DNA from: Octopus bimaculoides
Lineage: Eukaryota
Direction of reading: 5' to 3'
Assembly (NCBI RefSeq): GCF_001194135.2
Contig: NC_068990.1
Span: 60,729,397-60,776,666, forward strand
Length of the DNA stretch: 47,270 nt
Shown here: positions 1-10,549 of the stretch, one piece after another
Position numbering within the stretch: position 1 is the first letter of the stretch
Layout of the letters: every line of letters starts with the position of its first letter
Translations under genes and position numbers: made by a program
The notes under the pieces: generated by a model
Database searches by the model: none
Told to the model about the DNA's origin: nothing
What the model saw: the letters and a program-made list of their open reading frames with translations, nothing else

Positions 1-289
1 TTTCACCTTTTCAATATCAGTGAAGAATGTCACTGGAAAAGAAGATATAAGGTCTGCCAGGTTTTTCTCTCTCACCAAGGTCATCAGCTGTCGAACGCCG
101 ACGAAGGGAAATAACCCTGAAATCCGGATACGTTCGTGCTGCTGGCCGAGGTGAGAGGGATAACTCCCTTGGCAAACAGGACACAGTCGTGTGTCGATAA
201 GCCAGCTGGAGGAGATGTCCTCCTGGGGCTAAAAGCAACAGTAACATCCACCCCTAGGGGTCAGCCACACTTAAGTGGCAATATACTAC

Positions 290-292
<3 letters not shown>
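1..292 (+). mobile_element. GC-richer structured repeat carrying the hammerhead, probably a Penelope-like terminal repeat or retrozyme-like element; truncated by window start
   Basis: GC-rich island ending in (TA)n. It contains the hammerhead and several short perfect hairpins. The family assignment is inferred from the ribozyme type. Confidence 0.45.
85..141 (+). ncRNA. Minimal type I hammerhead ribozyme motif (Penelope-like/retrozyme type)
   Basis: Stem I CGAACG(92-97)/CGTTCG(131-136), extended by CAGC(85-88)/GCTG(138-141). Core CCGACGA(98-104), a CUGANGA variant with U4>C. Stem II AGGG/CCCT with loop AAATAA. GAAA(119-122). Short stem III AT/AT closed by the palindromic loop CCGG. NUH triplet ATA(128-130). 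Confidence 0.75.
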
Positions 293-320
<28 letters not shown>

Positions 321-594
321 GTTTATGTGTATACATGTGTATATATATATATTTATAGTCAGTTCAAAAAATAGAATCAATGGACAGCAAGAGGACATGT
401 ACTAGGAATGTATCAGCTGATGCTTAGTGAAAAGGGAGTTTGACATTTTGAGCAATGCTTGTGTGTAGTTATAATGCTGAAGTACATATATATATATATA
501 TATATATAAGTTCAAAAAAACAATAACAAAAAAAACAACAAAGTGAGGGCATGATACGGATAGTGTTATTGGACGCTCAGGAAAGGAAAGAGAG

Positions 595-633
595 AGTGTA
601 TGACGTTTCGGGCGTAGCCCTTTTTCGGAAAGA
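595..633 (-). other. Degenerate hammerhead-like motif (Penelope-type relic)
   Basis: The minus strand reads CCGAAAA-A-GGGC-TAC-GCCC-GAAA-CGTC. Stem II, GAAA and the palindromic ACGT are present, but G8 is mutated and no stem I partner is visible. Confidence 0.3.
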
Positions 634-697
634 TGGAAAGTTCGCAGAATGGAAGAACGGAGAAAGAGGAAAATGGTACCGATGCCGACGAGGTTAC

Positions 698-730
<33 letters not shown>

Positions 731-1465
731 NNNNNNNNNNNNNNNNNNNNNNNNNNNNNNNNNNNNNNNNNNNNNNNNNNNNNNNNNNNNNNNNNNNNNN
801 NNNNNNNNNNNNNNNNNNNNNNNNNNNNNNNNNNNNNNNNNNNNNNNNNNNNNNNNNNNNNNNNNNNNNNNNNNNNNNNNNNNNNNNNNNNNNNNNNNNN
901 NNNNNNNNNNNNNNNNNNNNNNNNNNNNNNNNNNNNNNNNNNNNNNNNNNNNNNNNNNNNNNNNNNNNNNNNNNNNNNNNNNNNNNNNNNNNNNNNNNNN
1001 NNNNNNNNNNNNNNNNNNNNNNNNNNNNNNNNNNNNNNNNNNNNNNNNNNNNNNNNNNNNNNNNNNNNNNNNNNNNNNNNNNNNNNNNNNNNNNNNNNNN
1101 NNNNNNNNNNNNNNNNNNNNNNNNNNNNNNNNNNNNNNNNNNNNNNNNNNNNNNNNNNNNNNNNNNNNNNNNNNNNNNNNNNNNNNNNNNNNNNNNNNNN
1201 NNNNNNNNNNNNNNNNNNNNNNNNNNNNNNNNNNNNNNNNNNNNNNNNNNNNNNNNNNNNNNNNNNNNNNNNNNNNNNNNNNNNNNNNNNNNNNNNNNNN
1301 NNNNNNNNNNNNNNNNNNNNNNNNNNNNNNNNNNNNNNNNNNNNNNNNNNNNNNNNNNNNNNNNNNNNNNNNNNNNNNNNNNNNNNNNNNNNNNNNNNNN
1401 NNNNNNNNNNNNNNNNNNNNNNNNNNNNNNNNNNNNNNNNNNNNNNNNNNNNNNNNNNNNNNNNN
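731..1465. other. Assembly gap (N)
   Basis: Run of N next to (TA)n. Other gaps: 15412-16010, 30665-30705, 33810-34084, 43736-43745, 46008-46435. Confidence 1.
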
Positions 1466-1650
1466 ATAGATATGGATATATATATGTATGAATATGTATA
1501 TTTTAATGTTTGGTTGGTTATGATAAAAACAAGTTTACATTAATCTAATGGGTTACTCTATACTTTTGTAGAGTACAAATGTATTGTACTTAAACAAGAA
1601 TGTTGTTGGCAGTGACTTTGAAGTTTTGGCCAGCTTAGCCGTTGTAGTGC

Positions 1651-1686
<36 letters not shown>

Positions 1687-1754
1687 GTATGTGTGTGTAT
1701 TTGTGTGTCTGTGTTTGACACATAATACTGAAATAGTGTAAGAGATAAGAGATT

Positions 1755-2010
1755 GCTTAGTACTTATCCTATCGGCCCCTTTTTGCCGAATCGCAAAGTT
1801 ACGGAGACATAAACACACCAACATCAGTTGTCAAGCGATGGTTGCGAGACAAACACAAACACACACACACACACACAGAGGCTTTTTTCCATTTCTGTCT
1901 ACCAAATCCATTCACAAGGTTCTGGTTGGCCAGAGGCTATAGTAGAAGACACTTGCCCAAGTGGGACTGAACCTGGAACCATGTGGTTGGTAAGCAAGCT
2001 ACTTACCACA
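1755..2010 (-). mobile_element. SINE family A (tRNA-derived head, internal CA/TA microsatellite), partial
   Basis: Reverse complement matches the full copy at 45015-45402 (head ggtaagtagcttgcttaccaaccacatggttcc, gggcaagtgtcttctactatagcc). Confidence 0.8.
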
Positions 2011-2375
2011 AGTAAGATTTGAGTAAAAACCTTGTAGAATGCTATACAAAGCTTATTGGCTACCTGATGTCATCATACAGTGGAAATGCTCCTGCTACTG
2101 GATATACATCAGGAGTTCTATGGTATCCATACAGCTTATATAAAAAGATAAATGATGGAAAATGGAATGAACAACGTTTTCTATTGATTCAATATGATTT
2201 AATTTTTCTGTATTTTATTGTATGCATTTATGTCAGGTTTTAAAAACAGTTAAATGTATGGAAGAAGAATATGTGCCTACATGTATGTATGTATGTATGT
2301 GTGTGTGTGTATATATGTACATATGTGGTTGTATGTGTGTGTGTGTGTGTGTGTGTATGTGTGTGTATGTACATA

Positions 2376-2420
<45 letters not shown>

Positions 2421-2607
2421 ATTACCTTGTATGTGGGTTGGACCTAGGCTAAGAAAGTTTGTTAAAAGTATACATGTATCCATATATAAACAGTTATATG
2501 TGAGTATATTCTATTTTACTTATATATCTATATTATATTATATTTTTATTACTTTAGCCTTGTATATCTGTTTCTGTTTTTATAAACAGTAAAAATGTAT
2601 GCAAGAA

Positions 2608-2657
<50 letters not shown>

Positions 2658-2674
2658 GAATGTATGTATATATA

Positions 2675-2855
2675 TGCGTGACAACTGATGTTGATGTGCT
2701 TATGTCCCTGTAACATAGTGCTTTGGCAAAAGGGACTGATAGAATAAGTACTAGGCTTACAAAGAATAAGTCCTGGAGTTGATTTCTTTGACTAAAACCC
2801 TTTAAAGTGGTGCTCCAGCATGGCCGTAGTCTAATATCTGCAACAAGTAACAATA
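2675..2855 (+). mobile_element. SINE family A, 3' half
   Basis: gatagaataagtactaggcttacaaagaataagtcctgg...gtgctccagcatggcc is shared with the other copies. Confidence 0.8.
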
Positions 2856-3518
2856 ACATGGTATTTTCCTATTATTTCAAAGAGAAAATAAACAACAAAT
2901 AAAACAAATGTGCATAAAAGAATCAATGGTTTTAATGTATAAATAATTACTATTTAAAAAAATGATTTGTACTTTGGCAAAATATGCACGTCCATAATTC
3001 AGCTTTTTCATGAAAATGTCTGTCTACAACAATAAATATTTCTGAAATAAAATTGTAGCAAGCCACCTTTGTAGGATATATTTACTCTAGTTCTAGAAGG
3101 TACAGGTATTAATATTCACTAAGAAAATCTTATCAAGGTCAAATATCTTGTTTCATTTCTATTATAAAACATTTTTGAAGCTTTAACTTTGTGTTACATT
3201 ACTTTTTAGAAAACATTTTTTTTACTTGAAAAGTTAATAGTAAAACTTGCTATATTTTCTTTGTAAACTTTTTGTATCTGATTGTTATCATGTTCTATAT
3301 ATTAAATATTATGACTATTTGACATGACATTTTGTAGTAAATTTATGAGGTGTAAAACCTGTGAACTAATATTGCTCTCTATTTGAAATATATCACGTCT
3401 TCTATATTCTTGGGGCTCTTGATAAAGGCATGAAAAAACCTGCAATCTTGTTTATTTTCTCTGTTAAAGGGGAAATTTTGTGACTAGTCAAACCCAGTCA
3501 ATGTTATATTTCTCTATC

Positions 3519-3735
3519 AAAGCGGTGAACTGGCAGAATTGTTTGCATGCTGGGCAAAATGTTTAGTAGCATTTCATCTGTCCTTGTGTTCTGAGTTCAA
3601 ATTCTGCTGAGGTCGACTTTGCCTTTCATCCTTTTGGGGTTGATAAAATAAGTACCAGTTAAACACTGGGGTCGATGTAATCGACTTAACCCTTCCCCCC
3701 AAAATGCTGGCTTCATGCCAAAATTTAAAATCAAT
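3519..3735 (+). mobile_element. Short interspersed repeat family B (about 210 bp, SINE-like)
   Basis: gcggtgaactggcagaa...ttctgagttcaaattctgctgaggtcgactttgcctttcatcc...agtaccagt, repeated at 28685, 29135, 37357, 37597 and 44105. Confidence 0.75.
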
Positions 3736-3850
3736 TTTATATTTCTATATGATTTACAAAATACTAAAAGTTGATTCTGATGTCTTTCTTTTTTGTTTTT
3801 ATTTCAGATTATATTTAAAAATTATTTGAAGTTTTTAACTTAGTTCTAAA

Positions 3851-5129
3851 ATGTCTGATAAAGTGATTCGCCGTATCCCAACAGCTTCTGCTGCTGTTAT
3901 TCAAGCAGATCAACGTAGTTCCCATATAATAAGTAGCTGCATTGATATTATGGATCAGTCTGATGTAGAAGCAGCTATGAAGAAATCTGAGAGTGATACA
4001 GAATTACTGAGTGGAAACGTAATAAACTATTCCTTAAACACTTTAACAAGATCAAAAAAAATTAGTAATCTAGAAAAGACAGATGAAGAAGATATTGTCA
4101 AATTACGTGAAAAACAAGGACGTGGCCAAACTTTAGCGAGCATGCACATTAATCAAGCTTTTGATTATCTTAGAACATATAAGATGGAGCCACTTGAAGA
4201 GAGTACTATTATAACTGAAAATGATTACACAGACCTCCTGAAGAATGAAACTGAAAATGATAACTACCCTTTAGCATCAAACAATAATACTTCTTGTGGA
4301 AATACTGAACTCCATTCTTTACCTCAAAGTGAAGAAAAAGACTCTATGTTTTGTACTGATGGCTATCAGCATCATGATATTGTAAAATCCTCTGAGAAAA
4401 GTCCAAATAAATTTCTTAAGGATAGTAATACTAATTTTACTGTAGTAAGCAATCACACAGACAGTCACACAGTTAAAGATCAAAGTGTCACAAACCATGG
4501 AAATAGAGAACTTTGTCATGCTGAATTTCAGTCAGATTTGCCAATTAGTATAAGTCCAGATTGTTCAGTAAATGTAAATGAAAACTGTTCTGAATCATTA
4601 AGAAAAGCTGGAGATGAAAATGAAAATAAAAGGACAGCAGTTGAAGTTAATTCTAAGAATACTTCTGAAACAGTGTTAGAAGCACTAGCTTTACCTCAGG
4701 AAGGCAATATTTCAGATTTAACAGTTGAAAGTGATAAGAAGACATCATCTGATTCTAAAGAGAATTTTGCTTTGCAAACAGATAATTGCTTAAATGTTGC
4801 TTCCCCTTTACATGATATAAAAAATAACAGTGACAAGAGTAACACAAGTACTGTTGGGGTTCATGATGCTCACAGTCAAAATAATGACTGCTCCATTGAG
4901 AATCGGACTGCTGAAAATTGTGATAATTTGGAAACTCATGAAGATGAAGTTAATTTAAAATCACTGCCATCATCAATGAGTGATCCATCTGTAAAAAGTT
5001 TACTTGATAAAACACCAAGTCCTAGTTATCTAATACAAGGTGGCATGTCGTTAAGAAGAGGAGGAAGGCAAACAAACCCACACTTAACCATTCACAGCGA
5101 TGATGATTCGTCAGATGATGATGACTCAG
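3851..5129 (+). CDS. First coding exon (426 codons plus 1 nt) of an uncharacterised multi-exon protein; Ser/Asp/Glu/Asn-rich and probably largely disordered
   Basis: 1.3-kb open frame in AT-rich DNA. Polypyrimidine tract and TTTCAG acceptor ending at 3807. In-frame TAA at 3836-3838 upstream of ATG 3851. Strong donor CAG|GTAAGT at 5129/5130 (phase 1), which splices in frame to 23706. Confidence 0.85.
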
Positions 5130-5149
5130 GTAAGTTGATTCTTTCTTTT

Positions 5150-5550
5150 ATTCTTTTACTTCAGTCATTTGACTGTGGCCAAGCTGGAGCATCGCCTTAA
5201 AGGGTTTTAGTCAAAGAAATTTACCCCAGGACTTATTCTTTGTAAGCCTTGTACTTATTCTATCAGCCTCTTTTGCTGAACCACTAAGTTACAGGGACAT
5301 AAACACGCCAGCATCAGTTGTCAAATGATCGCGGGGAACAAATACAGACACACACATAAATACATACATATTTACTCTCACACACACATAACGACTGGCT
5401 TCTTTCAGATTTCGTCTACCAAGTCCACTTAGAAGGCTTTGGTTGACCCAAGGCTATAGTAGAAAATACTTGCCCAAAGTACCACACAGTGGGACTAAGC
5501 CTGGAACCATGTGGTTGGGAAGTAAGCTTCTTACCACACAGCCACGCCTG
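5150..5550 (-). mobile_element. SINE family A, near full length, starting about 20 nt downstream of the splice donor
   Basis: Reverse complement matches 45015-45402 from head to tail. Confidence 0.85.
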
Positions 5551-5626
5551 TGTTTACATAATCTATAAAATTATATTGTGTGTTTTTGTTGTTATAGCGG
5601 GTAGAGACTTGGCTGATTCGTTAGAG

Positions 5627-5821
5627 CAGTGGTTCTCAATTGATTATGCTTTTACAATACACAAAATATTTTAACAATTTTTTAATACACTTCCTAATAA
5701 TATTTAATGATAAAAATAGGTTTTTTTAAAAAATAATCTTCAACTGGTTAGTGGGTGTCCAGTAGGGTAAATTAGGAATTAAAGGGGTTCATAAGAAAAA
5801 AAAAATGGTTGAGAAAAACTG
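5627..5821. mobile_element. hAT-like MITE (195 bp)
   Basis: TIRs CAGTGGTTCTCAA / TTGAGAAAAACTG. 8-bp TSD cgttagag(5619-5626) / ctttagag(5822-5829). Confidence 0.75.
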
Positions 5822-6244
5822 CTTTAGAGCATCAGATAAAGAAGCTTTGTGAGCTTTAGTTTTGGCCCTTCAGTGTCTCATTCCCTTCTATTCTTGAAGT
5901 TAAGTATATCATGTATGTATGCTGTATACATGTCCTGAGTGTTATATAGGTGTGCCGATATTAGTGCATGCACCTCTACATACTTGTATTTCTACATGTG
6001 TGAGTGCATGTGTATGTATATTTAGATGGAAATGAGGACATTTATGAATGCGGCAGAAAATGAAGATATTTATGAATGCATGTTTACGACTATTGGACTA
6101 ATTTTGGGCCATTTTGAATTTAGAATATTCACGGACAATAATATTCTAGATCTTTTCAGTCAGACTAGGAACTAAACAAAACAACAACCTATCTTAGTGA
6201 GGCTCTTCTAAACGAGTGGAACAAGAAACTAATTGATAGATGCA

Positions 6245-7020
6245 TTTATTTATTTCACTTTTGTTGTTTTGTTGTGGCACAAGACCAAACATTTTTAAAA
6301 GGAACAAGAGATATAATTGGGGAGGATTTCTAACCATGTTTCGTGGTTCACTACCTCAACAGCTCCTTTATAGGATCCAGCAGCTAAAGACATCCTCAGG
6401 AGGAACCACATCCCATTTCAGTCCCTACTCCTCTACCGTTTTCAACGTAGCAGGGTCCCGCCTTTCAGAGGTGTCTACAGCTCTGGTGTTGAGTGCATTT
6501 TTCTTTCTCTTTTTTTTTTGGGGCCTTTTGTTCTTTGGTTTCTTTGATGCAGTGTCTATGAATGCCAGTGGGTGAAAGTCCACCTTGCCAAATTTCCCTT
6601 TAAATACTCACTGGTTGGCTCCAGTAGCCAGCACCAGTTAACTGTCACATTACACTATCAAAGCTTCAACTGACCAGTGGAGGGGAAGAACACATGGTTT
6701 TGGCCTGCACCCTCTCTAAACCTACCTTCCAACAGCATTGTATTAGTTTCAGTTCCAGCAGCTAGAGCCGACTAGCTGTCTGGTGGTACAAGCCTTCGAA
6801 AGTTCAGGGAGGAGGGCATGCAATGAATCAGATCCTTCCTCTGGCCCACCTGTCAAGCAGCAATGCTGCTTAAGTGCCAGCCAGCCTCACCTAACAATGC
6901 TTTTTATTTCCCAGTTGGCATGTTATGGCTTTCGAGCTATTTCGGGTCTTCTCGTTTCAGCCATATATAGGAGCTGGCTTTGTTGATTGCCTCCTGTAGC
7001 CTCCTTATTAATGAATCTAG
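6245..7020 (-). mobile_element. 5'-truncated RLE-type LINE (HERO-like): last 27 codons plus stop, and putative 3' UTR
   Basis: 7020-6937 on the minus strand reads LDSLIRRLQEAINKASSYIWLKREDPK*, resembling the C-terminal EAxxKASxWxWLKR motif I recall from HERO-type elements. It is followed by about 700 bp of GC-richer sequence ending in ACA/AATA-rich sequence. Confidence 0.5.
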
Positions 7021-7341
7021 AGAGATTTTAAAGTAAAGCTAGCTCCTATGAGATTTGAACTTAAAATATATGGGGTAAAGATTACATATTGTTTCTGTTT
7101 CTCTGTTGTTTTGTTACTCTAATTAATGCTTTACTAACAGCTAAATAGTGATACATCTTCATGTATACAGTATACAGAACAATTTATAAATTTGTGTTCT
7201 CTTTGAAGTAAATTATCTAATTAGGTCTATTAATAACTCTTAATTGTTAAATTTTTCTTATGCTTCTAATTATCAATAATACTTACATTACTTATTTTTA
7301 AATAATTTTGAGATGTAAAAGATATGTTACTTCAGTGTTGT

Positions 7342-7565
7342 TTATCCCTTCAGCATTCACATTACTCTGTCAAATGTGATGTTTATTCACATTATTTTTG
7401 AATTAATCATGCATTATCTTGTAACTTTGAGGTTTCAGTGAAATGGTTGTTTTATTTTTAGAATAACACTGTAGGGCAGGTGTAAGAGGTCTGATCTGGC
7501 CAGTTTGAATATAAGACATAGAATATTTTAGCTAGATATGGCCATTTTAAACGCTAAAGGCTTAG
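7342..7565. mobile_element. piggyBac-like MITE (TTAA-CCCTTT type ends), decayed
   Basis: Ends ttatcccttcagcatt ... aacgctaaaggcttag. Related internal sequence lies inverted at about 18125-18300 and 22565-22720. Confidence 0.55.
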
Positions 7566-8866
7566 GTATTCCAGTTCAAATTCTAATACCTTTTCATGCT
7601 GTTCTCACCTTTTTCTTAAAATCTAATTTATGCTTTAAATAACAACCTTAGAGACCGAATACTATTGAAATGCTATAATTAACATAAATAAACACACCCT
7701 TTTTATGAAAGTTTGCTTTGAGCATAGTCAAAGGAAATCATGACAGCAAGTCCTGTAAAGGAAAGATTTCTGAAAACAATTTGCAAGGAAGTCATGTTCT
7801 GGTGTTATAGCCAGTTGATTTATTTACCTGCTATATTTTCTTGGAAGAAGAATAAATATTAAAATTTTGACAGTTTCCGGTGTCACATTTTTTAGAAATA
7901 TTACAATGAGGAACCTTTCAGTAAAAGTTATCACAATTAAAATTAATTGAATATATGTTATGCAGTTTATGTTTAGCAAAATTTATGACATAGCAAATTA
8001 ATAAAAAAAATTCTTTTAATAAATACCATGTTTTTACATAGTATCAATGTAAAAAAAAAAAGGTAAAAATGCTAATTTATAGGGAGGAGTGAAAATGTGA
8101 TGCTTTTTACTTTTATTTTTTCTAAGACAAAGAAGGAAAAACCTGAATTTTTGCATTTTTTGCTAAGTAACAGGGTTATAGATAGGAATAATTGAGAGTT
8201 GATAACAAGCCAAGAACTTGTTATCCAATATAAGCAAGGTGAATTCATACTGAATAAATGAAATCTTTCTGTACAAACCCATGTTTTGTTGACTTAAAAA
8301 TATAATTATCAGCTTTATGTTAAAATCAATAAAAATTTGATTATTTTTGTAAAATTATAAAATAATGAAAATATCAACTTTTGTAGATAGTAAGGAACTT
8401 TCACATGTAATATTATAAATTGAGAAGATAAAGTTATAGGTATTTTTCTTTCAGACATAAATACACACACATATATAGGCACACACATACAAATATATAC
8501 ATATGCCATAACTTTGTGTGTGTGTGTGTGTGTAGATGTAGTGTAGAAATTAGTTTTGACTAATAGTGATCAAATAATTTAGTTGGAACGATAAGTTTAA
8601 TTAATTTTAAAAAAATTACTTCACCTGAAATTTCTTGTTTTATTATGAAATCAAATTAAGGATTATTTATTGATGAAGAAGTAATATTTAATTTTAATTT
8701 ATAAAGATAGCATTTTATGTTTCAAATATTTACTATAATATCTATAAATATCTTAATGAATTGTTTTCTTAAGAACTTTTTTAACTTTCCAGACTACATA
8801 TTGAATCATTAAATTTCAATTATAGAAAATTTACTTCATATTCTCACACAATAATTATTGAATGAT

Positions 8867-9074
8867 TTAACCCTATAGCATCCAAACCACCTAAATCCAT
8901 ATACTAAATAAACTATTTGTTCAAATAACTACACCTGGCCTTGTTGGATATCTTTGGTAGCCAGAAACCTCTACCAAATCATAAAATTCAAATTTTACTT
9001 TGTTTCATCTTTGCATTATTATGTACATGAAATACATCAAAATATCTACGACGATCAGAATGCTAAAGGGCCAA
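8867..9074. mobile_element. piggyBac-like MITE, decayed
   Basis: Ends ttaaccctatagcat ... atgctaaagggccaa. Confidence 0.5.
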
Positions 9075-9784
9075 CACACAAATATTTGCGTAGTGTTATG
9101 GCAGAGTCAGTTTCAATACAAACAAGTTAATTTACTGAAATTGAATAATGTTTAAAAAGATTAAAAATGATAAATATATTATTCTTCTTTTCTAAAGATT
9201 ACAATTGGTCGAGACTGGAAAATACTGGTTTATTTAATATCACTGATGTTGACCTTTTCTCCTTTGGAAATATTTAAATCTTAACTGACATTCACTTTTT
9301 GTTGGCTTCTCTTACACCATGTTCTGATGTCTTAGTTTTTTAAGCCTCAGTAGACCCTCACAGTTACACCAGTCACTACACTAACTGCACAACAAATGTG
9401 CTCCTTTCTAATACCAAAAGCAGTATAATTTATTATAAACATCTGCATGTTACAATAAGTAAACTCCTGATGTCTCTGTTTTTCAAAGAAAGAAATTACA
9501 TTAGCTAAAGTAAAGAATAGTAGATTTTACCCTCTTATTCTAGAAATTTTGGCTTGTATAGCATCATGTAATAAGTGCTGCATAATGTTGTTACTTCTAA
9601 ATAATTTTTTTGATGCCTAATGAATCTAGACCATTTTATATAAAAGATAAAGTCAAATGTTAATGGGTTTATTATTTCATTTATTTTAGTTAACAATAAA
9701 ATCATATTAGTTTACATGAAATAAATGTCCTACATTTTCATGTTTGAGTCCCTTTATTGCCAAAACAGTAAAATGTTTTTTCTT

Positions 9785-9828
<44 letters not shown>

Positions 9829-10549
9829 TATATATATTTTTATGAAAGTACTCATAGTCTTTCCATGACATTTTAGTGGTTGTTTAATTTGACTTCAGCT
9901 GTTTCAACAAACTTTGCAAACAGAAAAACAGGCTAAAAAGGTTTAGGAAAATAATTTTTTAGAAAAATTTCTTCCACTTTGTAACATTCTGAACATAAAA
10001 GCTTTCATTAATAGAAGCACTACATGATGGCAGGATAAATAGAGATGGGAGATAAGCTGATGATGTTGTGTTTTTAGTAAGCACATATTTTTAACCTTAC
10101 TTTGTTAAGTAGATTCTGTGGTTAAACCATGTTTTTTCTCTCCATAACCAGAAATAGAAGCTCAAACTATTCAGCTTCAGCATATATTAATGTTTCATCA
10201 GACATTCGTTACTTCTTTTCCTCACTATTGAAAAAACAAACAATAATAGTCCACAACTATTTATAGTATACACAAACTCAGATGGAACTAAGTTGGCTTG
10301 CTCTAATTTGCAAAGCAGTGCAAGCACTGGTAATATGTATTAATTACTTAAGAGAAGAACTATTAATTATATTATGCAAATTAAGACAGACAATTTTAGT
10401 TATATCTGATTTTGTATACTCCATCTGTTTTTCTGTTCTCAGGAAAATGAGATGACTAATCTTTGATGAAGCAGTCAAACATTTGATATCATACACAAAC
10501 TACGACTGACTGACTGAGAATTTGATGCTAGACTTCAAACAGTTAAGAT

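Noticed and set aside
551-1543. Long ORFs of 200-330 aa in the ORF track (also 15203-16182, 33761-34361, 45761-46514)
   Set aside because: They are open only because they cross N-gaps and (TA)n/(CA)n runs.
2222-2592. Cys/Val/Tyr/Ile/His/Thr-rich ORFs (also 13038-13395, 16648-16976, 22995-23390)
   Set aside because: Translations of dinucleotide and tetranucleotide microsatellites; no splice or codon evidence.
5130-5200. C-terminal 23 aa of the 449-aa ORF (KLILSFILLLQSFDCGQAGASP)
   Set aside because: Read-through past a consensus GTAAGT donor into intron and SINE sequence; the spliced frame continues at 23706.
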